Shown here: positions 38,660-51,059 of the stretch, piece after piece
How the letters are laid out: the number at the start of each line of letters is the position of its first letter
How positions within the stretch are numbered: the first letter of the stretch is position 1
From: Octopus sinensis
Lineage: Eukaryota
Length of the DNA: 64,000 nucleotides
Assembly: GCF_006345805.1 (NCBI RefSeq)
Contig: NC_043010.1
Coordinates: 48,670,001-48,734,000, forward strand
Reading direction: 5' to 3'
Translations under genes and position numbers: made by a program
Notes under the pieces: model-generated
Seen by the model: the letters and a program-made list of their open reading frames with translations, nothing else
The model's database searches: none
Told to the model about the DNA's origin: nothing

Positions 38660-39530
38660 TTAGGCATGTCGTGGTTTATGATGCGCAGACATGCGCTGAC
38701 ACTGCGACATCTACGGCGCTGAACAGGTGTGGCCACTGTTTGTGCGGCGCGCTTTCCCGCAGCTCGTCTCATTGGCCGAGCTGCAGTCGTGGATCAAACA
38801 GTGACCGAAGCTAGGCGAATGGCACCGCGAGTGTCTCGTTGCTCTCAAGCAACTCTGCCGTCCGGGACCAAACTTGTGCGGCTTCATTACAACAAAGGCA
38901 TTCTATAGAGGATTAGTAGAGAGGAGGTGCGACGACGTTCTCGGGCAGAATCTGGGCGTCGACGAGGAACACCTGACCGCCTGCTCAAGACAACTTTCGG
39001 GTCGGGACCTATAGACAATCACCAAAGATCCCTGGCCTGGCAGTGCTATCGAGAAGCATTATCTGTTCGGGATAAGCTCTGCAGGCACGGTTCGAGACAC
39101 ACCGGACCAACTTGCCCGAGATGCGGTCAGAGCGACGAAACCGTTCTGCACGCATTCGTGCAGTGTCCAACCATTTCGGACCTGTGGGCTTATGCCGAAC
39201 GGCTGCTGTCACGTGTGGGACGAGTCCGTCTGTCGGCCGAGTCTATCGTGTCAGTTGCTCCAACACCTTCCCTCAACGAGGAAAGCAAGGCAGTCTTCAT
39301 CGTACTGGTGGCCATGGTGAAAGAATGTGTGTGGTGGACTCGAGCGAAAGGATTAAAGACAAACACTTACCTCTCTGACCAATCGCTCAACTTATTCAAG
39401 TACCAATTGAAAAAGAAGGTGAGAATGGAGGGGCATGTTTTGTCTCGTGAAAGTTTTAAAAAAAGGTGGGTGAATGTAGCAAAGATGGTGCGTGCGAGTG
39501 ACGAAACCACTTTGAGCATGATCCTGTAAA
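38660..39530 (+). mobile_element. L1/Tx1-clade LINE ORF2 3' end (zf-RVT-like CCHC region), 5'-truncated
   Basis: ORF 38927-39529: LAWQCYREALSVRDKL...TCPRCGQSDETVLHAFVQCP...LW...VWWTR. Confidence 0.85.
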
Positions 39531-39624
39531 TCGAAAAAAGAGAGAGTGACAGAGCACTTTGCTCTCATGTGTTTACAACCGATGTTGGTGTGTTTATTTC
39601 CCCGTAACTTAGCCGTTTGGCAAA

Positions 39625-39970
39625 ACACACCGGAGACCCCCTTCGGTCACGACACAGACCATGGGATTGCACCTAGAAAGTTACCCTCCTAGACACAAGT
39701 CCGGGCGAGGTTGTTTATGGAAGACCAGCAGTCGCCCATGCATACCAGCCTCCCCTCTCCACGCCACCAGTGTTATCCAAGGGAAAGACAAAGGTCGATA
39801 CAGCTTGGCACCAGTGACGTCGCAGTTCATTTCTACAGCTGAGTGAACTGGAGCAACGTGAAATAAAGTGCCTTGCTCAAGAACACAACACGCAGCCCGG
39901 TCCGGGATTCGAGCTCACAACCTCGAGATCGTAAGCTCGACGCTCTAACCACTGAGCCATGCGCCTTCAC
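39625..39970 (-). mobile_element. SINE family C, full length
   Basis: Near-identical to 28851-29165. Confidence 0.9.
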
Positions 39971-39983
39971 ATATATATAACAT

Positions 39984-40783
39984 ACTAGCAGCATAGCCCG
40001 GCGTTGCCCGGGTATGTAAGAGCCCCTAGTAGGCAACGACTAATCCCAATCTAGTCCTTTCCCTCTTGGGAACGAAGGCGCATGTGTAGGTTGCAACGTC
40101 TTCTCTTCACTCCCAAATAACTATCAAACAGCTATCGATAATTCAACCGAACCAATTCCTACCAGGAAGAAATTACATTCGAGATTTTACCCCCAACACC
40201 GCCACTTCTGCTAATAGCTGCTGCAGCCGCAAGTTATTTGAATACTTTTTTTGTTTAAACTTTCTTTATAACTACCACCACAAACGTTTTACCTTAAATT
40301 TTTGACGTACCCTAAGGGTCCTCGGACGCTACTTGCAAACTCTTGGTTTATTATAAACCGCTTTTGTCGTGTGCACCAAAAAACCTTTTTCATTCGTTTG
40401 TTCAGTTTGGTCACTTTTGACTTTTTCGTTGTTGTCACTCACATTGCTGCCCGCTTTTTTGCCGTTTTTGTACAATTTTATACATTTTGGGATACTTACC
40501 CCACGTGTTCCGAGAGTTAAAAAGGTCGAGTTGCGTCCCCTAGACAGTCTGTAGAAAATGTGTGGCATATAAAAAGCTTAAATTCTCGATTCATGTCGAA
40601 TTTATCAATTTTTTTCAGAACTGGAGGAACATTTCAAAATTTTCGCTGCGTTAGATTTGAATTATGACATTGGGCTACGTATGTGTCAAGTTTCATCAGA
40701 ATCAGTTGAAAGCCGTGGTCAGGGTGAGGGTACAACCTGACAGACACACAGACAGACAAACTGCCGTTTATATATAGAGAGAT
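39984..40783 (+). mobile_element. Non-autonomous Helitron-like element (Lep1/HINE type)
   Basis: 5' ACTAGCAGCATAGCCCGGCGTTGCCCGGG; 3' AAGTTTCATCAGAATCAGTTG...GACAGACACACAGACAGACAAACTGCCGTTTATATATAGAG. Confidence 0.72.
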
Positions 40784-41567
40784 ATATGAATAAGAAATAA
40801 GAAATAGAATAAGAAATAGGCTTACAAAGAATAAATCCTAGGGTCAGTTTCTTTGACTAAAGGCGTTGCTCCAGCATGACCGCAGCTACATGACCGAAAC
40901 AAGTAAAATAATAAAAAAAAACTATACCATTTTAATACCGAGCAACGCCGGTTATCTCTGCTTGGTAACTGTAAATTTTTCGTCATGAAAAATGATGTTA
41001 GTAGTCGTAATATAATTATCGTATTAACGATTGATGATCTCGGATATTTAAACATTTTATAAACTCTCATGATAATTAAAAGAGAAAAAGAAAGAACGTA
41101 GAAAAATAGCAAAACGAAAAATAATTTCACAGGGACAAAACAAATAAAATCTGGAATATATGAAACGAGAAGCGCAAAAGCCGCCACAAATATATACGGA
41201 GCCTTCTCTTGAAACCACTAATACCTACATCAAAATGATTGAGGGAAAGAAAGACAGAAATGCATAATTGTTATCAGACTGGAATATGAATTCGTCCTCG
41301 AAATTGAAAATATTAGAAGGCTGTCGGAAACTGAAATATTCAAGTAAGCTGTTGAAAACTAAAATATACGATGACGTAGGAAGATGTTAGCACTTACGTA
41401 TATCAGAATGGGTGAATGGGATATGCTCGAGAATGCGAGAGGTGAGTTTACTTTTCTTTCTTCTCTTGTTAATTACTACATAAGCATGCATGGCAGTGCG
41501 TAATCGCGATTTGTTGTTGTGCGTTTAAAATGAACGAGAAGCAGTTGCTGAAGTAGCTTTTACATAC

Positions 41568-41570
41568 ATG

Positions 41571-41629
<59 letters not shown>

Positions 41630-41649
41630 GTCTGTCTGTCTGTCTGTCC

Positions 41650-41690
<41 letters not shown>

Positions 41691-41734
41691 CATATATATA
41701 ATATATATACATACATACATACATACATATATTT

Positions 41735-41791
<57 letters not shown>

Positions 41792-41803
41792 TATATATAT
41801 ATA

Positions 41804-41852
<49 letters not shown>

Positions 41853-41907
41853 ATATATATATATTATTATATATATATATATATATATATATAAACATAT
41901 TATATAT

Positions 41908-41990
<83 letters not shown>

Positions 41991-42043
41991 GTTTATGTTT
42001 ATGTTTTCCAGTTTCAGCTCATGAGCTGTGGCCATGCTGGGAC

Positions 42044-42074
<31 letters not shown>

Positions 42075-42095
42075 ATAATATATATATATATATGC

Positions 42096-42147
<52 letters not shown>
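41568..42147. repeat. Compound (TATC)/(TGTC)/(TA)n tract
   Basis: Direct reading. Confidence 0.92.
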
Positions 42148-42148
<1 letters not shown>

Positions 42149-42149
42149 A

Positions 42150-42990
42150 TCGAAGTGTGCATTATTATTTATCCATTAGGCATCTTACCAATCGGTTTCG
42201 CATGATGTTAGATAATAGCCCGGTTATGTAACTCTGTGGCTACCCAAAGGCCGCATAAGTACCTGTGTGTTCGTTTGCATGTGTTTTGTTTATGCTTTGG
42301 TTAAATTTTGGGGAGTATTTTTGTAGGTATGGAATGTGTGTAAGGGTACTATATGAGTAGGGACTTATATTATTGGGGGCAGTAAGTGTAAAAAGGATCT
42401 ATTGGGTAGATGTCCACCGTATTTGGGCGCGTATGTATCTGTGAGTACGTTTGTGTATGCTCTGGTAAAACGCATTGTCGAATCCCAGGTATTGGTGATG
42501 TGAAAGCCGAATTTGGGGGAAATGGTGATAGAATGTACTTCCTTTCCTGTAGGCAAGGATTAAAAATCTCACTTCTGTTGTTCAGATAGATACTTGGGTG
42601 CTGAGATTTCTTAATATGGCTCTTTTATTGGCTAGGCATAATGTGTTATTGAAGTGAGCTTTGCATTTCTCCAATACCCTCCACTTTATGTTGTAATCCT
42701 TGGCGCTTTCTTTCAACGACCATAGGTGTTTGGCCAAGGTTGTGGCGTTTCATCTTTTTGGAACGTTAAAAGAGTACTTGTGGTTATTGTTCGAAAACTC
42801 TACACGTATAGTGCCACTGCACATATTCCAACTCTACAAGAATACCAACTTCAAAACATACACACATTTCCATAAGCACATTTCCAAAATGGTTTTTTTT
42901 TGAGAGGCAAAGGACAAAACAAGCAAATAAACTTTGTAAAGCAGTAATGCATCCTCCACTGCTGGTGGAATTAGATGGCATTGAAAGGTG
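42150..42990 (-). mobile_element. Penelope-like GIY-YIG C-terminal relic plus pLTR-like region
   Basis: NNHKYSFNVPKR*NATTLAKHLWSLKESAKDYNIKWRVLEKCKAH...LCL...LNNRSEIFNPCL. Confidence 0.8.
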
Positions 42991-43044
42991 AAAAAAAAGA
43001 AGACCGCTTTGGTATTGTACTAAGAGGACCAATCTGTGCAAGCT

Positions 43045-43300
43045 TGATCATGGGCGGCCAGCAGCTGCCCGTGTATACCAGCCTCCCCTCTCCACGCCAC
43101 TGATGATATTCAAGGAAAAGACAAAAGGCTGATACAGCTTGGAACCAGTGACCTCGCAATTCATTTCTACAGCTGAGTGAAATGGAGCAACATGAAATAA
43201 AGTGTTTTTTTTTCAAGAACACAACACATAGGCTGATCTGGAAATCGAACTCACAACCTTACGTTTGCAAGCTCGACGCTCTAACCACTGAACCATGCGC
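43045..43300 (-). mobile_element. SINE family C, partial
   Basis: Match to the family C body and head. Confidence 0.8.
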
Positions 43301-43309
43301 TGCTCCAAA

Positions 43310-43590
43310 ACGTCGGCTGCGGGGTCACTCCGAAAAGCTCTATCTGCGACGATTTCATCTCAATCGAAGGAGAGGGGCTTTCTCCGTCCGGGTTGCGGAT
43401 CCGTGGAATAAGCTGCCGGACGAGATAGTGAAGATGCCGACGACCGCTCGGTTCAAAGTCTCCCTTGACCACAAATGGCCTCAACTCTTTGCATGAACAC
43501 CACCCTGTACATAACTCCATGTCCCCCTACATGGCCTTGCTTTTTGCTTTTTGAGCCAAAAAATTAACTTAACTTAACTTCACTTCACTT
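43310..43590 (+). mobile_element. CR1-clade LINE 3' end with (AACTT)n tail
   Basis: RGHSEKLY.RR...RRGAFSVRVADPWNKLPDEIV.......FKVSLD.KW, the conserved CR1/L2 ORF2 C-terminus; short 3' UTR and pentamer tail. Confidence 0.85.
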
Positions 43591-44383
43591 GCATTGAGTG
43601 GTAATGCTATAATTATTTGAAGGGAAATTTTTGAATGAGATAAGATAAAACAGTAGTTCAAATATCTGTACGAATACATCGTACAGCATCATTCATTGGC
43701 TGAAGTACTGCTCTTTTATATATCAAATAGCAACATCGATTGGAATAAAATGTGGGATATGAGCCACAACGGTAAGTGCTAGGGTTTACTTAAAATGATA
43801 CACTAATTGATAATAGATGACTGTATCGCAGATTAAGTCGAATGCTATCATCTAAACGCTTCCATAGCTTTCTGCTTCCTATAGAAAAACGCATAAGCTG
43901 AATATTTGGATAATCCGGTTATATGAATGGATGGTAGTGCCAGAGTACGTGAATAGTTTCATAAATGAGATTATGCATGAAATGGGGAAAAGTATAGAAT
44001 TATTTGCCGAAAAGAAAAGAATAATCCACCGGATTCTAGTCTCATGGGGTTTTGTGGGAAGACATAACTACGCATTTGGAATTTGCTTGAGTGAGCAACT
44101 GATCAGAATAATACGACATGAAATGAGTGGGTTATATAATGGAACACGCTGGTGACAAAAGTGTCTGGATGTTCGTTTATAATATAAGATTAGAAGCTTT
44201 AGAGATGTAACTATGCTGTAGAGATATGGAATGGTGCTTGTAATGGCCTGTAAATTGTGTACGAAATTAGAAAATGGTGAAAGTGACCAGATTTATGAAT
44301 TTTCTGAAAAAATATAATCACACAAATAAAGTCACGTGAAATCAAAATTCCAAAATGCCTAATCACATTCATATTTTTTTCAA

Positions 44384-44590
44384 GGCGGCGAGCTAGCAGA
44401 AACGGTAGCACGCCGGGCGAACTGCTTAGGGGTATTTCGTCTGCCGCTACGTTCTGAGTTTAAATTCCGCCGAGGTCGACTTTACCTTTCATCCTTTTGG
44501 GGTCAATAAATTAAGTACTAGTTACACACTGGGGTCGATGTAATCGACTTAATCCCTTTGTCTGTCCTTGTTTGTCCCCTCTGTGTTTTC
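44384..44590 (+). mobile_element. SINE family B
   Basis: Full head and body match. Confidence 0.88.
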
Positions 44591-44780
44591 CATAGCTTTG
44601 TTAATGGACAAATGCCATGCGCGTGTGCATTTAAGGGTCTCCGAGAAGAAGAAAATTATCTTCATTTTAGAGAATTGGTTTCAAAAGTTTGCAGTCGATA
44701 TATACTTATTTCTTTACTGCCCACAAGAGGCTACACACAGAGGGGACAAACAAGTACAGGCAAACGGATTAAGTCGATTA

Positions 44781-45095
44781 AGTGTCTTCTACTATAACAT
44801 CAGGTCGACCAAAGACTTGTGAGCGGATTTGGTAGACGGAAACTGAAAGAATCCCGTCGTATATATGTGCATATATATATTTATGTGCGTGTTTGTGTGT
44901 CTGTGTTTGTGCCCCCCCCCCAACATCGCTTGACAACCGATGGTGGTGTGTTTAAGTCCCCGTTACTTAGCGGTTCGGCAAAAGAACCGATAGAATAAGT
45001 ACTGGGCTTACAAAGAATAAGTCCTAGGGTCGATTTGCTCGACTAAAAAGGCGGTGCTCCAGCATGGCCGCAGTCAAATGATTGAAACAAGTAAA
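44781..45095 (+). mobile_element. SINE family A, 5'-truncated, joined directly to an inverted family B 3' end (about 44700-44780)
   Basis: Junction ...GGATTAAGTCGATTA|AGTGTCTTCTACTATA... Confidence 0.8.
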
Positions 45096-46581
45096 ATAGT
45101 AACAGAGAGAGAGTAAGTTGTCCGATGTGCTAACTCTTTTGCCAGCTCGCGCCTTTTATTTAAATAACCGCTTCAAATTTTGGTGCAAGGTCAGCAATTT
45201 TGAGGAAGCGAATAACAGCAAGTGCTCAACTAGTAACTTATTTTATCAACCCCAGAAAGGATGAGCGATAAAGCCGACCCCGGCGGCATTTGAACTCAGA
45301 ACATAAAGCCTGAAGAAATGTCGCTAAGTATTTTGTCCGAAGCGCTAATGCTTCCACAGTTCCCCGTCTTATTCCGTTTAAATAATAACTGTTGTTATTA
45401 AAACAGATATTCGGTAAATCATGAAGGTTGAGAAGAAGAAAAAAATGAATGAAATTGAATTTTCTACGAGGACAACTTAATATTTAACAAATATTCACTA
45501 GACAACAACTGAACTGGAAGAGATAACTATAAAAATATTTGAAGCAATATAATATGGAAGAAACACGTTTTATCTGGAGATGTGGCTTCCATATTTGATT
45601 GGATCGACGTCCCTGTTGGATTTATGTCCGTATTCAGATTAATACCATTATTGATTATATATGTTTTTATTTCAAAAACAGAAGGCCTTAATTGTTATAG
45701 GAAATTCATAATGATATAGTGTGACATTCAGGTTTTTGTTTTCTATAGCTATGTAACAAAAACATGTTTCAAAACGCGATGGATGGCAGCTTTCGAGCTT
45801 CGATGTGTATCTTTTATGTTCATAGTTTTAAGCGGATGAAAAATAAACATTCTCTGAATAGAAAGCCGTTCTATCTCAGGTAACATTTCCAGATGACCTG
45901 TTACTTATTTCCGACTGTTAAATGAACGATAATGAACTGTCTGGTGAACCATGACGAACTGAAGTACATGCGATTAATCACACTCCCAAATCAAATAGAA
46001 ACGAATGCACTATATTTGAACTTAAATTACTGTAAGTTGGAAGCCTTATATATGCAATTGGGAAATAGATAATCGAACATGATAATATTATGCACAGTAT
46101 AAATATAGTGATTTCCTTGTCATTAATCTGACAAGAACGAAGTAAAGTATGTTTCTCTGAGGAGGTTTCATAAGATCAAAACATATTCGGTGTTGTCACC
46201 CTTGTTTATTCATCAGTAACCTAATGTCTTCTACTTATTATTACATAAGTACTATTAATTTATTGGATACTTTCTCCTCGCTACATTAAAAGTGATGTCC
46301 ATAACGTCACTGCCGTTTTTCGTGTAGATAGCGTCTCCTGAAAACTCTCTTCAACTTTTATAATTATGTTGGTCTTCATAACGACGCGATTTTTCGCTAA
46401 TAGGAATTTGATGTAGGTATTTACCCGTATCAAGTATGATTTGTGGTTAAGAAGTTCGCTTTGTAACCATGTGGTTTCGGGGTTTAGTCCCATTGCAAGA
46501 CACCTTAGGTAAGTATATTTTACTATAGTTCCGGACCAATCAATGCCTTGTGAACAGACGAAAACTTTCTGGAAGTTTGTC

Positions 46582-46624
<43 letters not shown>

Positions 46625-46635
46625 TGTGTATATAT

Positions 46636-47040
46636 ATTACGTTGAGTCAAAAGTTCTGCAATATTTTGGTAGCCTTTTTGCTTTATTTGTAAAATTATTA
46701 CACAAGCAGCTTAGGATTCAAAGTAGAGGTCATTGTGTTGTAACGTCTGACGTCAGCTTTCCCCCAGTCCTTTCATCTCACTCTGATACGAGTTCTTATC
46801 TTTCTAGGCGAAGAACGCCTTCACTGAAGCTTCCACTTTCTCTTGGTTGATGACTTGTGAGCGCAGAAAGTGACCAATGCATGGGAACAAATATTATTCC
46901 GAGGGCAGTAGGCCAGAACTATATGGTAGGTGTGATATCAGTTCAATTCCCTCAACTTACTGGAGTTTCTTCCGGATCGTACGAGCGGTGTGAGGTCGTG
47001 TTGTCTTGCTGCAGAAGAGGTCGCTTTTTGTTAGCCAATG
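46636..47040 (-). mobile_element. mariner transposase 3' relic with terminal repeat
   Basis: LLQQDN...PPY.......YLFPCIGHFL...FF..KDKNSYQS.MKGL...QTLQHNDLYFES*; terminus TATTACGTTGAGTCAAAAGTTCTG at 46636. Confidence 0.75.
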
Positions 47041-47084
47041 CCTAATATTAGTGTACTCTACATGCTAAGTCTCCATATAAGGCC

Positions 47085-48030
47085 GATTAATGGTGAATTG
47101 TTGAATAAAAGTTTTTTCCACAATTTTTGAAAATTTCTCTCAAAAGTTTTTGAAAATTTTCCCCAAAAATTTTTCAAAAGTTTTTCCCAAATATATTTTA
47201 GAAAAATTTTTCCCAAAAATATTTTAGAAAAATTTATGAAAATTTTTCCCAGAAATTTATGAAAAATTATCCCAAAATTTTGAAAATTTTTCCCAATTTG
47301 CCGGAAATTGCCGGAGATAGCCGGAGATATCCGGAGATTGCCGGAGATGGCCGGAGATTGCCGGAGATCACCGGACATTGCCGGAGATATCCGGAGATTG
47401 CTGGAGATTACCGGATAGTGCCGGAAATTGCCGGAAATTACCGGAGATTGCCAGAAATTGCCGGTGATTACCGCAAATTGCCGGAGATTGCCGGAAATAG
47501 CCGGAAATTGCCGGAGATTGCCGGAATAGCATTTTGGGAGATTTCCCAATAATGCAGGTAAAAATTTTCAAAACTCTTTTCGGAAACATTTTCAAAAATT
47601 TTGGGGGAAAATTTTCAAAAATTTTTGTTAACAAATTTATCAAATTAAGATTGCCGGTGTTTGCCGGAAATTGCCGGAGATTGCCGGAAATTATCGGAAA
47701 TCGCCGGAAATCGCCGGAGATTACCGGAAATTGCCGGAAATTACCGGAAATTTTTGGTGAAAATTTTTATAAAATTTTCGGGAGGATTTTCAAAAAATTT
47801 TTTTTTAATTTTTGAGGAAAAATTTTTGCGAAATATTTCCAAAAAAATTTCAAAAAACTTTTCAAAAAGTTTGGCGAAAATTTTCGAAATATTTTTGAAA
47901 GATTTTTGGGGAAAATTTTAAAATAATTTTTCAAAAGTTTTTGGGGAAAATTTTCAAAAAATTTTCAAAAAATTTTTGAGGAAAATTATCAAAAAATTTT
48001 TCAAAAATCTTTGGGGATTATTTTCAAAAA
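47085..48030. repeat. Composite minisatellite: two CCGGARATTG decamer arrays (47301-47530, 23 units; 47654-47753, 10 units) with A/T-tract arms
   Basis: Counted directly; no indels inside the arrays. Confidence 0.95.
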
Positions 48031-48355
48031 TATGTATATTTGTATGTATAAATAAATATATGTTTTTGTGTGTGTGTTCAATATCAACAATCTCAGACGA
48101 ACTACAAAATATCAGCATCTTTTGCAAACACTCAATCAAAAATATAATGATTAATGTAGATGATAATTCAGACAAACAATATAAGTTGATGTCAATAAGG
48201 AAAAACAAGGAGGAAAGATATTCTCTTACTCACACAGAATGTTTAAGGATCTTAAAATTTCGGAAAAGATGTCTCTTTCCAAATAGAAGAAAGAAAATAA
48301 TCAAAGAATCTGGATAATTATGTTGTTATTGGCAAGAAATAATGCATTTCTGTTG

Positions 48356-48386
<31 letters not shown>

Positions 48387-49335
48387 GTATAATGTATGTA
48401 TGTATGTATGTAAGTATAATGTATGTATGTATGTATGTATCGCTGCTTGAAATTGTAGGCTACAGTTTTAGACCTTGGTACATCAAATATGCGTAAGGAC
48501 AAATCACTTTAAGGATATGGTCTTAGGTTTTGTAACTGTTTCCGATCCTTTTTTATAATATAAACCCCAACGATACTAGGTGTTACTGCTACGAGTGTCT
48601 TTGTGTGTGTGTGTGTAATATACATACATGCATACAAAGAAAGAAACAGTCATCAGGAATGTACGTATGTACATACTTGATGACTGCAACTTAATTTTGA
48701 TCAATGACATTGCTTAAGCATAAACAGAATGGTTATGGCTTTCCATTACCGCTCGAGATCTTTATTTTATGCATAGATGTGGCAATGATGGATGCCTCTT
48801 GAAGCAGCTGTTCAGAGAACATATCACCCATTGACGCATGCTTTCATTTTTCCTTTTCGGTTATAGCCAGTCATATGATGCAACTCATAACGGAGACGTT
48901 AATAGAGATATTAAATAATCAAGCGATTCGTGTACCTGAAACATTTTGTAATAAGGAAAGGCCTCGTACAAGGTCGATCTATCTCTCTAAATAACGTATG
49001 CAATTACCTAAAACTAAAGAGTTGTCTAAATCATTGGATGCAAGCAAAATTGCACATGTTACATCGGAGTTTTCTTTCTGGAGAAACTGACTAAACGATC
49101 TGGATGAAGAACTTTCGTCATTTTCCTTCTACTAACAAAGGCTCTCAGTGCAGTTCTATGGATGATGTCCCTGAGAGAGTCCCATCTCTGCTGAACATTG
49201 TCCCCTGATGGGTCTACAAAGAGGGCATCTCCCAGTGTCTTGAAGAATACATCTGTCCTAGTTGGGTGCTGATTTGAGGTAGCACTGATGCGCTGCTACA
49301 TACATACATACATACTACATACATACATACATACA

Positions 49336-49371
<36 letters not shown>

Positions 49372-51059
49372 CATTTACGCATTCAAAACAGTTTGCCAAC
49401 GGCCCTTCACCAATAACATATCCTGATAGGCTTTGTGACTACTACTAAATTAAGGCCACGACAGAGAGATAGAATGTTCTTGAAGCCGAGGATTTTAAAT
49501 TTACAGAGACAATATTTACATATCACCTGAGGAAACACAACTAGATCTCATAATGCAGGGAAATAGTTTCTTAATCAAGTACCTGCACATCTGGAGAACT
49601 ACGTTGCGTGCAAAGAATTGTAGTGATTAAAAAATAAATGTCCAGCCGTACCTTTCTTGTTGACGGCAATTTTTTCAATTATCTATTCACACACGACAGA
49701 TGCCCAAACGCAAACCTGGAAATACATATAATACTACTACTGGAAAGCACAGTTTAAATGTGAAAGTGGACGAGCGAGCTTTATACTGTATTCTACTATG
49801 TTCTTAACAGAATATACTATAATTATATATATACATATATAAGACGGGATTCTTACGGTTTACGTCAACCAGATATACTCACAAGTCTGTGGTCGGCCCG
49901 AGTCTATAGCAGAAGACACTTGCCCAAGGTGTACTGAACCCAGAACCATGTGGTTGGGAATACATATATATTTATATATATCTGTATATATATATATATA
50001 TACGGCAAGATGTGCGTGTGTGTTGTGTGTGTGTGTGTGTGTGTGTGTGTACGTGATTGTAGTTTATGCACATCCCCAAATTAGCACGCATGTCGCTCAA
50101 ATTTTAGGAGGACATTGGTCAACATCCTATCTGGGTTTTTTCAATCTATTTTTCTCCCGAAGCACCCGCGGATAGCGGTAAAAATCTATTTTCAGTCATA
50201 ACTTTTAGCGGTAAAAACTATTTTCAGCTATAGCTTTTTGACGGCATCTAACAAAAAAAAAAACAAGATAAAAAAAGTGGAAGAGAAGCAGAGAGTTTCA
50301 CGGGAAAGACAAAGTGAGAGAGGCAGAAAGAGAGTAAGTAACGACGTTCATAAAATATAAAGTGTAAAATGTTTTGTCTTTTCTTAAACACGAGATATAG
50401 CGTTCAAATTCAGGATGTTTTTGAAAGACACTATATTTTATAATCATAGTATATATACTTTCTCACACAACAATTACAATATATTTATTTTAAATCATTT
50501 ATTTATTTTAAATCGTTCATCTTTCTCCCCCTCTCTCTCTCACACACATTACTTTGGGTGCGAAAAAGTTTTGTTTTTATTTTACGCCGAGTAAAAAAGT
50601 GTTTTGTTGACAATCCATTTATTTAACAACAAAGAAACAAAGAGGTAAGTAGCAATTTGTCAGTGAATTGCACAATATAAATGGGTATAATTTCCGAGGC
50701 TTCCACCACACCCACTCCGTTTCACGGATCATAAAAAGGGTTTTGTAGCATATTAGGAGGCCAGAGTAGTTGATTCCACGCAAAAAAAAAAACGATTATT
50801 TTTCTTAGTGAAAATCGTGCGAATGTTAATCTACAAATTTAACAACATTTTTCCATTCATTTCTGTTTATGAACATGTATGCATGCTCAAAACATGCAAT
50901 AGGTGTACGTATGTACATGTGTGTTCGTGTCTGTTGCCCATATATATTTATAGTATTTATATATATATAATATATATAATAAATATATATATATATAATA
51001 TATATATAAGATATATATATATAGATATATAATATATATATATATATATATAAATATAA

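Noticed and set aside
39895-39970. tRNA-like sequence with A and B boxes (also about 29090-29165, 33355-33428, 34790-34860)
   Set aside because: These are SINE heads that continue into SINE bodies with TSDs; no complete cloverleaf acceptor stem.
43730-43778. Possible micro-exon (AG...NIDWNKMWDMSHN|GTAAGT)
   Set aside because: Weak acceptor and no recognisable homology; such donor motifs occur by chance many times in 64 kb.
47301-47753. Resemblance to nematode GCCGGAAATT-type minisatellites, suggesting contamination or horizontal transfer
   Set aside because: Short low-complexity unit where convergence is likely; flanks are continuous with local mariner and microsatellite DNA.
47058-47921. 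ORFs with repeated SPAISGNLRQ / LPEIAGD motifs
   Set aside because: The decamer lacks stops in most frames on both strands, so overlapping ORFs are expected; no coding evidence.
48700-49250. Possible decayed non-LTR RT (IRKGLVQG...)
   Set aside because: Too degenerate to support without a profile search.
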